NCBI RefSeq assembly: GCF_006345805.1
Contig: NC_043003.1
Coordinates: 73,904,001 to 73,968,000 of the forward strand
DNA length: 64,000 bases
DNA from: Octopus sinensis
Taxonomy: Eukaryota
Reading direction: 5' to 3'
Shown here: positions 27,651 to 42,647 of the stretch, piece after piece
How the letters are laid out: each line of letters opens with the position of its first letter
Numbering within the stretch: the first letter of the stretch is position 1
Notes under the pieces: model-generated
The model's input: the letters and a program-made list of their open reading frames with translations, nothing else
The model's database searches: none
What the model was told of the DNA's origin: nothing
Position numbers and translations under genes: made by a program

Positions 27651-28140
27651 TCTATGAAATCTTTACATACTCTTTTATGTTTCCTTCAACATATTCAGCT
27701 ACGTTTATCTAACCATTCATTCCCAACTTTCACAACTGAATTCTTCTTTTATTACTTGCCTTCTAATATTCCCTCTATTTTCTCCTTTCCTTTCTCCTCT
27801 TTTATCTTCAACCATTTCCTTCTCTTTGTTTCTCTTGTATTTTTTCAACTTTTCATTTCCTTTTGTTGTTTTCATCTTTTATTTCTTTTACGCTTCTTTC
27901 TCTTCTTTCTCTCTTACTTTTCCACCTTTTATTCCTTTTACTATCCTTTATTTTTCTTTTCGTTGAGCCCTTCAGCGACTCTGTCTACCACGTCTCTCCT
28001 CATGTTTTACTTATTCCATTTTTCCCTTTTCTTATTTTCTTTCTGTTATCCTCCTTTGTTTTCCACATTTTCATTTCCCCCCTTCCAGTCGTCTTTACTG
28101 TTTTCCTGTTTTAACCCCTTTATCATAATTTCTCTCCATC
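27650..28140. repeat. Pyrimidine-rich low-complexity tract
   Basis: T/C-rich with no real coding signal; produces Phe/Leu/Ser ORFs. Confidence 0.85.
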
Positions 28141-28719
28141 ATCCACCATAAGACAAGAGAACTATATATAAACGTGAAAACTCCACAGATTTTCCAGTCA
28201 GTAATTCTCTGTACTGAAGAACTACACTTAGATTCAATGTAGCAAGAGACTGATTCAACTAAAGGAAAATATTAGGAAAATATTAGGACACTTATTCTTC
28301 GACAGTTCACGCAAAAGTAATGTGCGTGAATACATATATGTTTGCATGTGTGTATACTGTGAGCTTGTGTATGTGTGTGTTTGTGTGAAATTCTGTGTAT
28401 GTGTGTGTATGTGTTGGTAAGTCAAAGTGTACGCATTTACTATCAAACTTCGAAGAGATTCACTTTATCAGAATATTTCGTCTCAGGTCCAGCACAACAA
28501 AGCAGTCGAAATCCTTGTTATATTAACAGCGCAAACGAAGTAAGGACAGGCTATCATTGAAAGGATTGAAGCCGTATGGCACTTAGCAAATACTCCCTGG
28601 TAGTTTGAATGCATTTAATATTCCTGTTTCTGAAAAATACGTAGTAGAAAAAGAGAAATTTCTTAACATATTCAGTCAAAATATAAATGGTCGTCGAAAT
28701 CGTTTTTCTATATAGTTCT

Positions 28720-30310
<1,591 letters not shown>

Positions 30311-31419
30311 ATGAATGTATATAGCGTGAAAGATATCAAGAGATAACCTACAACTTCTTAGAGGGAGATTATAAAATAAAGCGAATGCAAAACATGTCTA
30401 ACATAACTGGTATAGTGAAAATAAATGTTCAAAATGAAGACAAATTAGCTACTGAGATGTATAGAACATGATTTACTATTTCGAGGCATGTCGTTTATAA
30501 TAGAGAAGTGAGATATATATGAGAACTAAGAGAGAAAGCATTTGAAATGACACCGAATTTACGACGTCTGTTTACATTGCAATCGTAGCGTAAAAATAAG
30601 TTGAAAGTGAGTTTGACGAAATGCAAGAGTTGAAAGATTTTGTGTAATCTTGCGAATATGTGGGGAGAAAGAGGAACTGAGGATGATAAATAGGGATTAA
30701 GACTAATAAAGAAAAGAGAGTGATAGGAATCATAAACGGAAATTGTTGAATGAAAAAGAGAAATGGAACAGTGGAGAGAGGGAGAGATAGAGGGGGGAGC
30801 GAGGGAGAAAGAGAAGGAGGGAGAGACAGAGGAACAGGGTGGAAGTGTAAGAGGAGTTTCAGTTTCTGAACCCAAAGATGCATTCACAAAAGTGCATTCA
30901 TGTATGATGTTATAGGTTTAAACTATGGTAGAGATATAAAAGTTTAAAGTGTGCCACATGTCATGTATCTGTGCAGTATATATGTGTTACATAGAGAAGA
31001 AATTCATGCAAGGGTAACTGGCTGAAAGTACGTATATATGTGTTAATGAGATGGCGCATTTCAATAAGTCTAACTGCGCTGCTTACTCGTACGAAGTATT
31101 AAAGCCCTCCTACCATTTGCCAGTACATGTTCGGTATGTTCAGTGTATGCAAAAGTAAAAATTCTTAGAATTAGTATATCTGGCTTGTGAAAAGTGTAAC
31201 CGTGTTCTCGTGTGACTTGCTGTTGCATAGTCTGGTAAGTTATACTGTAATATGATGGGGCGCTATTATGTGAACGCGAACGTGCTAATTAAACCCGAAG
31301 ATGAGATGCAACTGATGCAGATGACGAGAAAGAGGAGGAGGAGGCACAAGGTAAATTACTTAGATATGTATGCCTTCCTACATATATATAATCTTATATT
31401 ATATTGGTCTCAAACATTT

Positions 31420-31590
31420 TGCAGAAGGCCAGTAGAATCGATACGGGGTGTAAGTCGATAACGCAACGCAATGCCCTCAACTGGTGTATATTTTATCGGC
31501 CCTGAGAGGACGAAAGGCAAGATCCACTTCGGCAAAAGATCAATTCAAAAAGTAAAGGAAACATTATGCATGGCGTGCTGCCGCTTACGT
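31420..31590 (-). mobile_element. SINE family B fragment (degenerate)
   Basis: aactggtgtatattttatcggccctgagaggacgaaaggcaagatccacttcggc is the reverse of gccgaggtcgactttgcctttcatcc...accagtt. Confidence 0.7.
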
Positions 31591-31629
31591 TATACGTAAT
31601 AATAATAATAATAATAATCATTATTATTA

Positions 31630-31730
31630 TTTATTTATTTATGCGCCCTTTTCAAGCCTAGCTATGCACATGGGCTCGGTTTCCCGGTTTCTGTGGCGTA
31701 TGATCCCCGCCCCAGATGGACAGGACGCGA
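31630..31730 (-). mobile_element. SINE family D 3' end (same family as 58190)
   Basis: tatgcgcccttttcaagc...tttcccggtttctgtggcgtatg is the reverse complement of catacgccacagaaaccgggaaa...gcttgaaaagggcgcata at 58328-58380. Confidence 0.8.
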
Positions 31731-31964
31731 TGTATACGCTGCGCACACATAACTTTTTCGCAAATTATGATGCCTTACAATATATTCCTTGCCCATGCTT
31801 TTTAAGTGAAGTGAATTAAATGTTTATGTATCACCATTTCAGGTGAATTTAAGAAAACAACTCGTAAATATAAGAAATTAAGAAAGAAACTTGTACATAA
31901 ACGAAATCTTCGAATCCATCACTACACACACACATAGACAATCTCATAACATGTATATATTTAC

Positions 31965-32033
<69 letters not shown>

Positions 32034-32613
32034 TGTGTAGCTATATATGTATGTACTCACATATGCCTACACGCATTGCTACACCAAGATCTATACACAC
32101 GCGGACGATGGTCTATTCTTGTGAAAAAGAAAGTGAACAAAATGAAATACTTATAGAATATATTGCAATTTTTTGCAATATAATTACCATTTGCAATATG
32201 TGAGTAAACAAAATAAAAATAAGGAAGTGAACAAAATATAATACTTATAGAATATATAGTAAAATAAATTGCAATATAATTACTATTATAGGTAATTATG
32301 CCCCGGTGAAATTAAGAAATCAGGTCCTAAATAATAGAAACCCACGAATCAATTATTGTAAACATGCACTCACGCGCGCTCACACACACTCAGAGAAACA
32401 CACATAGATACACGCAGAGTCCCATATCTATGTATATATTTATGTACCTTTCAAGACAATCAAACCACATGTTTATCATTTCAAGCCACTCACTCAATGA
32501 GTATTTCTGAAAATTTTGTGAAAATGATTTCGGCCTTTTTCGGTAATTTTGTAAACACACAGTGAGATAGAAAAACGAATGTTTAAAATACTCTGCTTTC
32601 GCTTAGGCGCGTA

Positions 32614-32697
<84 letters not shown>

Positions 32698-32833
32698 TAA
32701 TAATAAAAAAAACAACAACAAAAACAACAACAACAACAATGATATTAATGATAATAATATAATAATAATAATAATAATTACAGCAACAACAACAATAACA
32801 ACACCAATAATAATAATAATAATAATAATAATG

Positions 32834-32890
<57 letters not shown>
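32614..32890. repeat. (AAT)n/(AAC)n tract at the 5' side of the Dong-like LINE
   Basis: Direct inspection. Confidence 0.97.
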
Positions 32891-32891
<1 letters not shown>

Positions 32892-32897
32892 CTAATA

Positions 32898-35800
32898 AGA
32901 CAGTAACAAACTTGCCAACGTCAGACAGTAACAAACTTGCCAACGTAATCCTGAAGTAAGACCCTACATAGACAGTAACAAACTTGCCAACGTCAGATGA
33001 AACATTATAAAAAAAAAATTACTGACTGAATTAGAGATTGATCAGGTTAGACAAGCAATATCGGATAAAATGAACGAAGCTGCAGCTAGAGAAGATAATA
33101 CAGAGGAAATAATTATAGACCAGCCCAGGGCTGATAAAAACGAAGAGTGGATTGAAAGAGTTAGTATAAGTGATAGGCAAAGTGAAATACTCCCTGAACC
33201 AATCATAAACACTAAGACAGATGAGCATCAAATAGATAAAGAAAGTCACACAAATATTGACCCAACAGAACTACATGAGCTAAAAAATCAAATCATGATT
33301 GAATGGCTGAAAATTAAAGAAACCAGCATGTATGAACGTGATACACTTCCTAAAATCCGCAACTCTAACCAAAACATGAAAATAATTGGTAAAATCCGGC
33401 TTGCACTTAAGGATATAATTTCAGCTAATGATGTTTATTATACAAACCTCAACCACCTATACTATGCATCCGCGAAAATCTCAACGATCCTATGTGGTGT
33501 AAAGGTTAGAAAACGGCAACATTCCCACAAAAAGCCTTCTTGGCAAGAGCGTCTGCAACAACAAATTAAAATATTTAGATCTGACATTGAATATTTGAAA
33601 AACCTTAAGGCTCACAAGACTACCAAACCTACAAAAACCCAAAAATTACTGAAAAAATACAATATGGAAACTATACTTGATATTGATGCCACCATAGAAA
33701 CCATCAAACAAAGGTATCTGCCAAAGCTGCCCGCATAGCGAGGTATGAAAAGCGTGTTAGATTTTTCAAGGACAACAACATGTTCAAAAATAACACCAAG
33801 AATTTTTACAGGAAGATAGGAAAAACAGCGTTTACTGTAAGGTCTGTACCATCAAAAGTGTAGTGTGGATTTTGGAATAAAATCTGGGCAGAAGAAAAGA
33901 CACACAACGAAAAGGCCCCCTGGATTGACAGAATAACTACAGAACTGGACCCCTTAGAAGAGCAAAAGTGGGAGGGTGTCAAGGTAGAAGATATAAGATC
34001 TGCTCTCAGGAGGTCAAGCAAATGGAAGTCTCCAGGAAAGGATAAAATTCCTAACTTCTGGCTGAATGCCTTCCCAGAGAGCCATGAACTGCTAACAGAA
34101 CTGTACAATGATGTTTTGCAACACCCTAGTAGGATGCCTACTTGGCTAGTTAATGGGTTAACATTCTTGCTTCCAAAAGGTGAAGAAACAAATGAACCAA
34201 AAAACTATAGACGCATAACCTGCTTAACAACTATGTACAAAACACTAACATCTGTCCTGACGGAATATACCTATAGTTTTTTAACAGACAGCAGCATATT
34301 CCCTAATGAACAGAAAGTATGTAAACGTGGATCCTACGGCTGTAAAGACCAACTACTCATCAATAAGATGATCTTAGAAGATTGTCACAAACGACACATA
34401 GACTATAAAAAGGCTTTTGATAGCCTACCACATAGCTGGATTAGGAAATGCCTGGAAATGTATAAGATAGCACCTACTCTGCGAAACTTCTTGACTGTAA
34501 ATATGAGATCATGGAGAACCACACTAACTCTGAACAGTGACAATGAATCCCTAAATGCTGGTGATGTAAAAATTTCGTGTGGCATTTCCCAGGGTGACTC
34601 ACTGTCACCACTCCTCTTTTGTTTATCCTTAATACCTCTCTGAAAGCTGCTCAATGATTCGCAGTACGGGTATAAAATGTTTCATAAAAATATAAATCAT
34701 CTCGTTTACATGGATGATTTAAAGCTTGTTGCAAAAAATGATCAACAACTCAAGGGCTTACTAGCGATAGTCAAACAATTCAGTGACGACATCAGAATGC
34801 AATTCGGCCTCGATAAATGTGCAAAGGCTACCTTTATCAAAGGAAAAATGACAGAAACATCTAACGTTAAACTTGACCAACAGAGTGTCATAAAAGAACT
34901 AGACCCAGCGGATAGCTACAAGTACCTAGGGGTAATTGAAGGGAACGGAATAAGGCATTCAGAGATGAAGGAAAGGATCAGGAGAGAATGCTATCGAAGA
35001 GTGAGAGCAATACTCAAGACAGAGCTGAATGCAAGAAACAGGATCGAAGCGATCAATGCATTAGCCATACCAGTCGTGACTTACAGTTTCAATATTGTTA
35101 ACTGGTCAATTACTGAAATATGTCAGCTCGACAGAAAAATAAGGAAACTGTTGACAATGCATAGAATGAACGACTCTATCTGCCAAGAAAAGAGGGAGGC
35201 CGTGGTCTTTTGCAACTGGCAATAACAATGAAGATTGCTACAATTGGCCTAGACACCTACCTGAAAAACTCTGAGGACTGGATATTAAAACTTGTCTCAA
35301 AACATGAAAACAAGAAAGCATCATACTCAGTCACAAAAAAGGCAAAGGAATATCTAAGTGAATTCCGAATACAGCCAATTTCGGAATTAGAGATACATAT
35401 ACAAGAAACAAGCACAGAAAAAGCTAGGCGCATGAAAACCCGTGCCAAAACTGCAGCCTTAGATATTCTGAATAATAAATGGCAAGAAAAACCTCTCTAT
35501 GGCAAATACCCAAAGAGAGCGAATAATGCAGATATCGACAAAGCCCTGACCCTTCAATGGCTAATGGCCTCTGGCTTAAAATCTGAAACAGAGGGGTTTA
35601 TCATAGCACCTCAAGATCAATGCCTACCAACAAGAAACTACCAGGCCAACATATTAAAGAACGGCAGTAGCCCAACATGTCGTGTATGCCGATAACAAAA
35701 TGAAACCATTGACCATGTTGTCTCGAAATGCAGTCTTCTAGCGCCTACAGAGTACCTCAGTAGGCATGATAGAGCTGCACAATATGTTCACTGGGTAATT

Positions 35801-36404
35801 TGCAAAGACCTGGATTTGCCCCATGAAAAAAACTGGTGGGAACACAATCCACCTCCTGTGCTTGAAAATGACCACATCTCACTCCTCTGGAACTTCACCA
35901 TTCAAACTGACAGGAAGATAGATGCAAATAGGCCAGATATTATATTGAAAGACTTCAGACAAAGAACATGCCTCCTCATTGATATGACTGTCCCAATCGA
36001 TATAAACGTATCTGTCAAGAACTACCAAAAACTGAGCAAATATAAAGATCTTGAAATAGAAATCAGCAAAATGTGGAAACAATACCTGTTGTCATAGGTG
36101 CCCTGGGAATGATAGCGAAAGGGACTGATTCCTACCTAACTCAGATACCAGGAAACCCCAAAATGGCAGAAATTCAAAAGATAGTGCTCATGGGAACTGC
36201 TCATATCCTACGCAAAATACTCTCTATGTAATCCCAAGGTTTAAAACAAACTTTTTTTTTATGTATTAGACATTCACTAGTACAACACCAAAAAAAAAAA
36301 AAACCCAAATATATGGTACAGAACTTCCAACCTGTTGTCTCTTGAGGTCTCTGGGTGAGACTTGGAGCCAACTTGTACAGACATAAAGCAAAAGTCAAAC
36401 GTAG
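32898..36404 (+). mobile_element. R4/Dong-clade non-LTR retrotransposon (RT + restriction-like endonuclease), 5'-truncated
   Basis: Colinear single-ORF remnants: NYRRITCL, DYKKAFDS, GISQGDSLSPLLF, INHLVYMDDLKL, FGLDKCA, YKYLG; CCHC knuckle CRVCR..ETIDHVVSKC; RHD; RLE motif NRPDIILKD...LLIDMTVP...KLSKYKDL; C-terminal GTAHILRKILSM*. Followed by a 3' UTR and (AAT)n. Confidence 0.95.
32970..36231 (+). pseudogene. Disrupted RT-RLE ORF of the Dong-like LINE
   Basis: Broken into ORFs 33070-33738, 34116-34643, 34677-35225, 35210-35695 and 35816-36097 by stops, frameshifts and small deletions; final TAA at 36229-36231. Confidence 0.9.
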
Positions 36405-36429
36405 AATAATAATAATAATAATAATAATA

Positions 36430-36510
<81 letters not shown>
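36405..36510. repeat. (AAT)n tail/target tract
   Basis: Direct inspection. Confidence 0.97.
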
Positions 36511-37052
36511 GTATCAGGCATTGGCTCTCATGGCTTCTGATTTTAACCGATTGAAAGTGTTATCATGTACATTGTTTCTCTTGGTATAAAAGATGGGCTA
36601 CAGCAAATATTCTACTCAATACCACAGATTTGCTTGTCAGTTGTTTGACTTTAACCAGTTGAGCATGTCCCTTAGTGGCTGACGATATGTGCATCTCTTA
36701 TCACGAGCAGAAGTAATGGGGGAGCATCATAGCCATGTGTTGAGAGGGATTCTTTGGGGTTTGAATAATTCACCTCTGGAAACATGGGTGTTTCGTTCAA
36801 CATCCTTACACAACCCTTATCCAGGGACCTTTCGAGGGGGATGGGCTACTCGACCTGAAGAAAATTCTAACTGGGCCCCACCTGCAAGGTCATGCGCTGT
36901 TTATTTTGATATGAGATCACCATGTCGCGCATTTATGGTTGTGATGCATGTGCCTAGTTTACCCTTATCAGACGGGTAGTCATGATGGGTATACTGGGCT
37001 CCGTATATTTTACCCCAGTGTCACTTTGATGGCATGCACTGCTCTCTCACTC
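36511..37052 (+). mobile_element. About 540-bp non-coding (AAT)n-flanked element
   Basis: Complex sequence bounded by AAT tracts on both sides; its last 170 bp recur at 44621-44790. Orientation inferred from the truncation pattern. Confidence 0.75.
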
Positions 37053-37089
<37 letters not shown>

Positions 37090-38179
37090 GTAATAATATT
37101 AATATGTTCATGATGAAGACGTTTTGTCTATGAAAATGGAGCGATTGTTTAGCTGGTTTTTTTTACGATTATGATATTCACAGTAATGTAAAAAAATGCT
37201 GATGAATATTTTGTGCCTGATGGTTATAGTAACGATACCGTTAGTGCTGATGAGCTGATATGATTATGAATAATATTGCTTTCTGGTGTTGCACTGATGC
37301 TAGAGGAAAGATCCATCGAGTATATTGATTCAGAAATATCTAAATTCATGATTCCTCAGAATTGAAAAAAAAAATGCCTTGTGCCCAAAAGTTGTGAAAG
37401 GAAAACGACCTGCAGTTCATATTTTGACCATAAGTGGAATTTTCTCATGTCCATTCTTGGATCAATTCAAAGAGCAAGAGGACACGTAGTTATATTTTTA
37501 TCGATTCCACATTGCCTGTATCCCCGGGGCAGAGTAATATCTAATGTTTCATAAATGCTACTAGCGCTAGAAAAATGTTTCCCATTTGTATATTGTTTCT
37601 TTTCCTAAAATTACATTAATTTTCTTTTTATTCATCAGTTATATGACAGTTTTATATTCAGTTTTTTTTTCCTTTCTTTGTTCGTACTCAATTTTGTTAT
37701 TCCGTTTCAGCCTTCGGGACAGAGTTTATCAATACAATTGAACGCGAGAAGCTGAATTGCAATATGAGAAAACAGACGAATTTGAAATAATATGGCGAAA
37801 TACAGGAGGTTTCTATATTAACGCGTCATATTCTTGACAGAATGTTTGCTGCTTGAAAAAAAAAAAAAAGGAAATATTCATTTTTGTAAACTTGGCAGAA
37901 TATAAATATATAAGTGATATTAAAAGAATGGTGTAGTAGCATTAATCTCATGAATCGTTGCTGGGGCATAATTAAATGAATCGACTCTGGTTTAACAATG
38001 GATCTTATTCGAGAGTTATACTAATTTTTTGATAAAATGTCGACTTAACCTAACTTTGATATGGACAATTTATGATGTTTTGATTATATTTGAATAAATA
38101 CCCGTTGAATCCAAGTCATAACATGTTACGTGAAGGGGCAGTAAGATTTTGCATCTGAAATGCTAACAGGTAATGTGCC

Positions 38180-38900
38180 TTGAAACCGGAAAAACGGAAG
38201 TTCCTGAAAAAATATACTGAGTGTAATTAAGGTTGCATTTACTTGGTGAAGACTTTATATAGAGTATGTGAGAAACCCCAAAATATGAACTTTTGTAAAT
38301 CACTTATTTCGGGTATGTCAGGGAATTGGACTACATACTTGTTTGGTCTTCTTGATAGCATTCCAAGTGACACAGTAATAATAGGTAATGCTCTTCTGAG
38401 ATGATTTATTCTTTCATTTCCGGTTTCAATCTCCAGGTCTTTACACCTTTTTAAAGTTTTCAACTTTTTCAGAGATACGTTTTTGAGCTTGCAACATCAA
38501 TCAGAAGGCAAGTCTTTTCAAATTATGATATCAGTTAATCTGTATATCTCTATCAGTCCGAAATCTGAAACTGCAAAAGATTGTTATTTCGACACAGTGG
38601 GTCACTCGTTGTGGCTTACGTTTTCATCAATTGTTACTTGCTTATATGTGCGGCAGATTGACCAAAACATGTACTGTACTGAATTCGACTGTATTACACA
38701 AGGTAGTACTTATGGGCAGCTTACCTACCTTTCGGAAATTTCTCTCCATATAATGGCAACAATATCATCATTTAACAAATATTCTTGGTGCTAGTCTACT
38801 GCATTCAGAGATATAGTCGATCGTCTGCTGGTGCTTAGTATGATGAGGTGCGTTCATATTCCAGGACATTACTCTGGTAATTCCTACATGGAAGGAACTG
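38180..38900 (-). mobile_element. R4/Dong-like LINE 3' fragment (degenerate)
   Basis: ORF 38239-38463 (KDLEIE...PIITVSLGML...PEISDLQK...HTLYKV) parallels the C-terminus at 36040-36230. Upstream TIDYISECSRLAP and KTCLLIDV. Confidence 0.8.
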
Positions 38901-38999
38901 ATCCTGGGATGCTCTAATATGAAAACACCTTCTGGGAGAGACGGGAATACCTACCCTTGAGCGGTTCCATTCTAATGCGAATTTTCACCATGAAAGCAC

Positions 39000-40650
39000 C
39001 GACTATAATAGTCACTTTTTGAATATATGAAGGCACCAGATCAAGCAAAAGTTATAGGATCCTTGTCCCCTCGGCCGTTCACAATTTGTATAGAATTCTT
39101 CCGTTGAACCAAAGCCCAGATTCCAGGAGCCTCGATTTCATTTTGTATGGTGTTCCAAATTGTTTTAAACGCCGTAAATTTGCGCCTCTTTGGGATCCTA
39201 AATAAGGACTTGTGGTTATTTCGTTGCAGTGCAAATGGGGCTCTCCGTTGTTCCAACCTATTTCTGCGTATGTGATCTTGCGCTTTTGGTGCTTCTGCTG
39301 CTGCTGCCGATGATGTCAGTGCTGCTGTTGCTGCTGCTACGTCAGGACACCGCCTCAGAGATCACAGACTCAGAGTCGCATCCACCTCCTACTGGGCAAT
39401 CACTATTAAACCTAAATGAGCATCTTGCCTCTGTGTGGTATTTTGGGGCATCCACTAAAATCTCTTTTACACTGGGTGTTAGTGCACAGCTGAATGAGAC
39501 CCTTAGATAATTGTTCGTAAATATGGGATTGCGTGAAATGCTTATCTGCTAATTTAAGGAAGATGCATTCTATGCAGCTTTCCACGTTCAGAGAGAGAGG
39601 TTAAAGCAACCAAAGGACCTTACGGTGCTGCTTTGTTTTGTGTATTTTAGGTCCGGGTATGTAAGAGGTGAAGTACTGAAACAGGGTGGCTAAGCAAAGC
39701 TTCGTTGTAATAAGGGGCATTGGAGTCAAACATATCTTTATTCGAGGACATTTAATATCCATTTAGTAACACTGCACCAGGTATTTAAATGCAATAGGCT
39801 GTTTTAACAATCGATTGATTTTAATTTGGTTTTCGATAAGGCTGTGAGGCTTGTCTATAATTTCATGCGATGCTGATTGCAAAGAGCCTATCAGGCATAA
39901 TGGCATCTTCTGTATATAAGTTTTTTTCTCTTTTTTTGTTTTTGCTTTATCAGGTAACACTAAAGTTCAATCTGATTTTTTAAGGAGAGGCGTATATCGT
40001 AAGATTGCTTGTACTTAAAAGGATCGGAGTACTTACAAAATCTCAGTTTGCAGTTGCTATCAAGTAGGTCCGCTTTGAAGGCAGCTACCTCTTTGATTCT
40101 GGACAGAAACCACTTTCTGGATCTGATGATGTAAGTTTTTGCGTTCATGGGTGCTGTAGCTTGGTCATAGAAGTATGCCTTGCATCTCATGCATCTTATT
40201 AGATCGATGGCCTCCATAAAGAGAGTATCTTTTTTGACTATATACATGCGCACATCTGATAGGACAGCTATTAAACACAACTCATGGGGAGGCCTATTGC
40301 TATACATTCTGCGCCCAGAGAGCATGAACAATCGACTATTTTTCAATGAGTCCCCCCACCCAAAGGTACATCCTAAAGAAATGTTTTAGCAGTAATATTA
40401 TATGTAGTCGCTGTTTATGGCCGATAAGAAAGTAAGCATTGGAATCGCAGTAGTCGACTAATTTGTCTTACTGGCTGCACGCACATTAACTCTGTACAAA
40501 TAGAGGTAAAAATGAAGATAAAATTACTACCTAGGCCAACTTGGTGGAAAAACAAAACTCCCAAAAAGATGAAGCGAAATATTCTCGAAGCAAAAAACCA
40601 TTTCAAGGAGAGATGAAGTTATCTCCTCTTCAAGGAAATTTAGCTACGCT
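39000..40650 (-). mobile_element. Penelope-like element (Naiad-like) lacking its RT core
   Basis: N-terminal EAIDLIRCMRCKAYFY...AFKADLLD (ORF 39960-40346), FDSNAPYYNEAL, HRKVLW...FLKLADKHF, CSFRFNSDCPVGGGC, VGTTES...NNHKSLFRIP...IW. Confidence 0.8.
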
Positions 40651-42647
40651 TCGATGTTAACTAAACGGTACATCTACATCGTAAATTCTTAGTGAATTTA
40701 TGCTGCAACTTAACATTCGTCTGTCTGTAAGTGAGTATCTAACACACACACAGATGCACACACACCCATATAGGCACACACACACACGCACACATACTAT
40801 AAGCATTAGATCGTCCGTTCTTGTCGACGATGACCAGGGTCAACAAGTGGGTGAAGAAGACGGGTCACAGTGTGTCCGGCTATCGCCGATCTGTGTCATG
40901 GTTGCTGGGAAGCTCTATCGCAGGTCTGGCAGAAGTTATCTGTTGCGACTGAAAATACGTAGGTGGTTCTCAATTTGCATTTCGCATTACCTTCGAGCCA
41001 CTGCAAACCTGTTTTGATCGTATGAGATAAATCTCTGCAGGTGCAGCTACAGATTTGGTTATGAGACGCATGTCTACCAAGTTTGTGCTAAAACTGCTTT
41101 CAGCTGTCCAAAAAGGTACTCGGGTTGTACACGATTTTTTTTATTGTGTCGAGAATGATGTAAAGTTTAGAAAAATTTTCGTAGACCTCTGTGCAGGTAT
41201 TGCCAGGCTTTAGACAACATTTTTTGCTGATTCTCTGCTCAACTTTCTCTGTCATTGTCAATGCGACGATCATACGCTACTCACCTTCCTTCCAGCGTAA
41301 GTGAGGTAGAACATTAAAATGAGGACGCTTGCACAGCAGAGTTAAAGATGTAACAGTTACAAGTAGCTTAACACTGCGAGCTTCAGCTTCGTTACTGTGG
41401 CAATAGTCCCGATACTTATTGATCAGAGCACGTACATACATACGCACATGCACACATAAATACATGCATACTATATGTGTGTGGGTGTGCGTGTGGGAGC
41501 GCGCGCACGCGTGTGTGGGTGTGTATGTGTCCGTGCGTGTGTGCTTGTGTGTATGTATCTGGATTAGTTAAGGCTTTTCTCTCCAAGCGAGAGATGACGT
41601 CGAGTTTAAATTTTTCACATTCTCTATTTACGATTCCTATATACGTAACGAAATCTTCCGTTTCTGTTTTTATCTTCCAATTTCAAACACTCACAGCGAA
41701 TATCAAATAGTGATATTTCAGATAATAGCTAAATTGTTTTCTCGAAACAAATTTCGGTTCGTTTTTCTCGGCAACATGTAATTACAAAACTTTTCATATT
41801 TTGCTGCTGATAATTTACTTCAAAGAAAACGTATCTTGTTTTCGTCCGTCTAGCTATTACACTCTTCTTTGGAGACCCATTCATACCTTCTGAAGTATTC
41901 AGAAAAAGTAATCCCTTTTTTTCTGGATTATATGTGGATTCTTCAATTGAAATAGTAACCGAGTCTGACGAAAACGAACCTGAAGTGTTTTTCACTGCAA
42001 CACGAATTCCAAGAACAGTTGATTTTGATGGTGTTTTTGTTGCAGTTGCTGTTGTACCCGTTATTTCTGTTTCTGTTGTTCTTGTTGCTGCTGTAGTTGT
42101 CGTTGCAATTGAAACACGGAAGCCAATAAGACATCCATGTTAACAACATCCACCGTGAGCTTCGAATGTCTCGTCGCCACAACAATTAACACATCATTTG
42201 TTGCTGAGGAACTGCAGAAACACCATACGTTATTTTTTTTTCCTTTTATAGGCGAAATACATAATACATGCATAAATTCACATAAAATGTAAAGCATCTG
42301 ACAATATCTAGTCACATAATGTAATGTATATGAACGCAATAAAACTGGTAATTGTTCGCTATGTTACTTTCTTTAAACGTAAGGCAAGTATATTACGTGT
42401 AAAATAAATTAATGTAGCCAGCTGTCATTGGAAATTTCTCAAATATAGATGTAAGGATATTCAAATATTCACCATTTTAACGTTTGAAATAAAGTGTTAA
42501 AGTTTAACATGATATCATGTGTCTGTGAGATACGAAGACTACAAATTAAGGAGCTACAAAATATGCTATGTGCTCTATAATCGAATAGTTTTTTGTCTTT
42601 TATGATTGTTAAAATTATCATAATTCAGGTTTTAGTTATACGTGTGT

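Noticed and set aside
28205-28260. CTGAAGA-ctaca..tgtag-GAGAC hammerhead-like motif
   Set aside because: GAAA box is mutated and there is no stem I partner.
31252-31365. Short ORF ending at AAG|GTAAAT, a possible exon
   Set aside because: No acceptor or partner exon and no protein similarity; such donors arise by chance.
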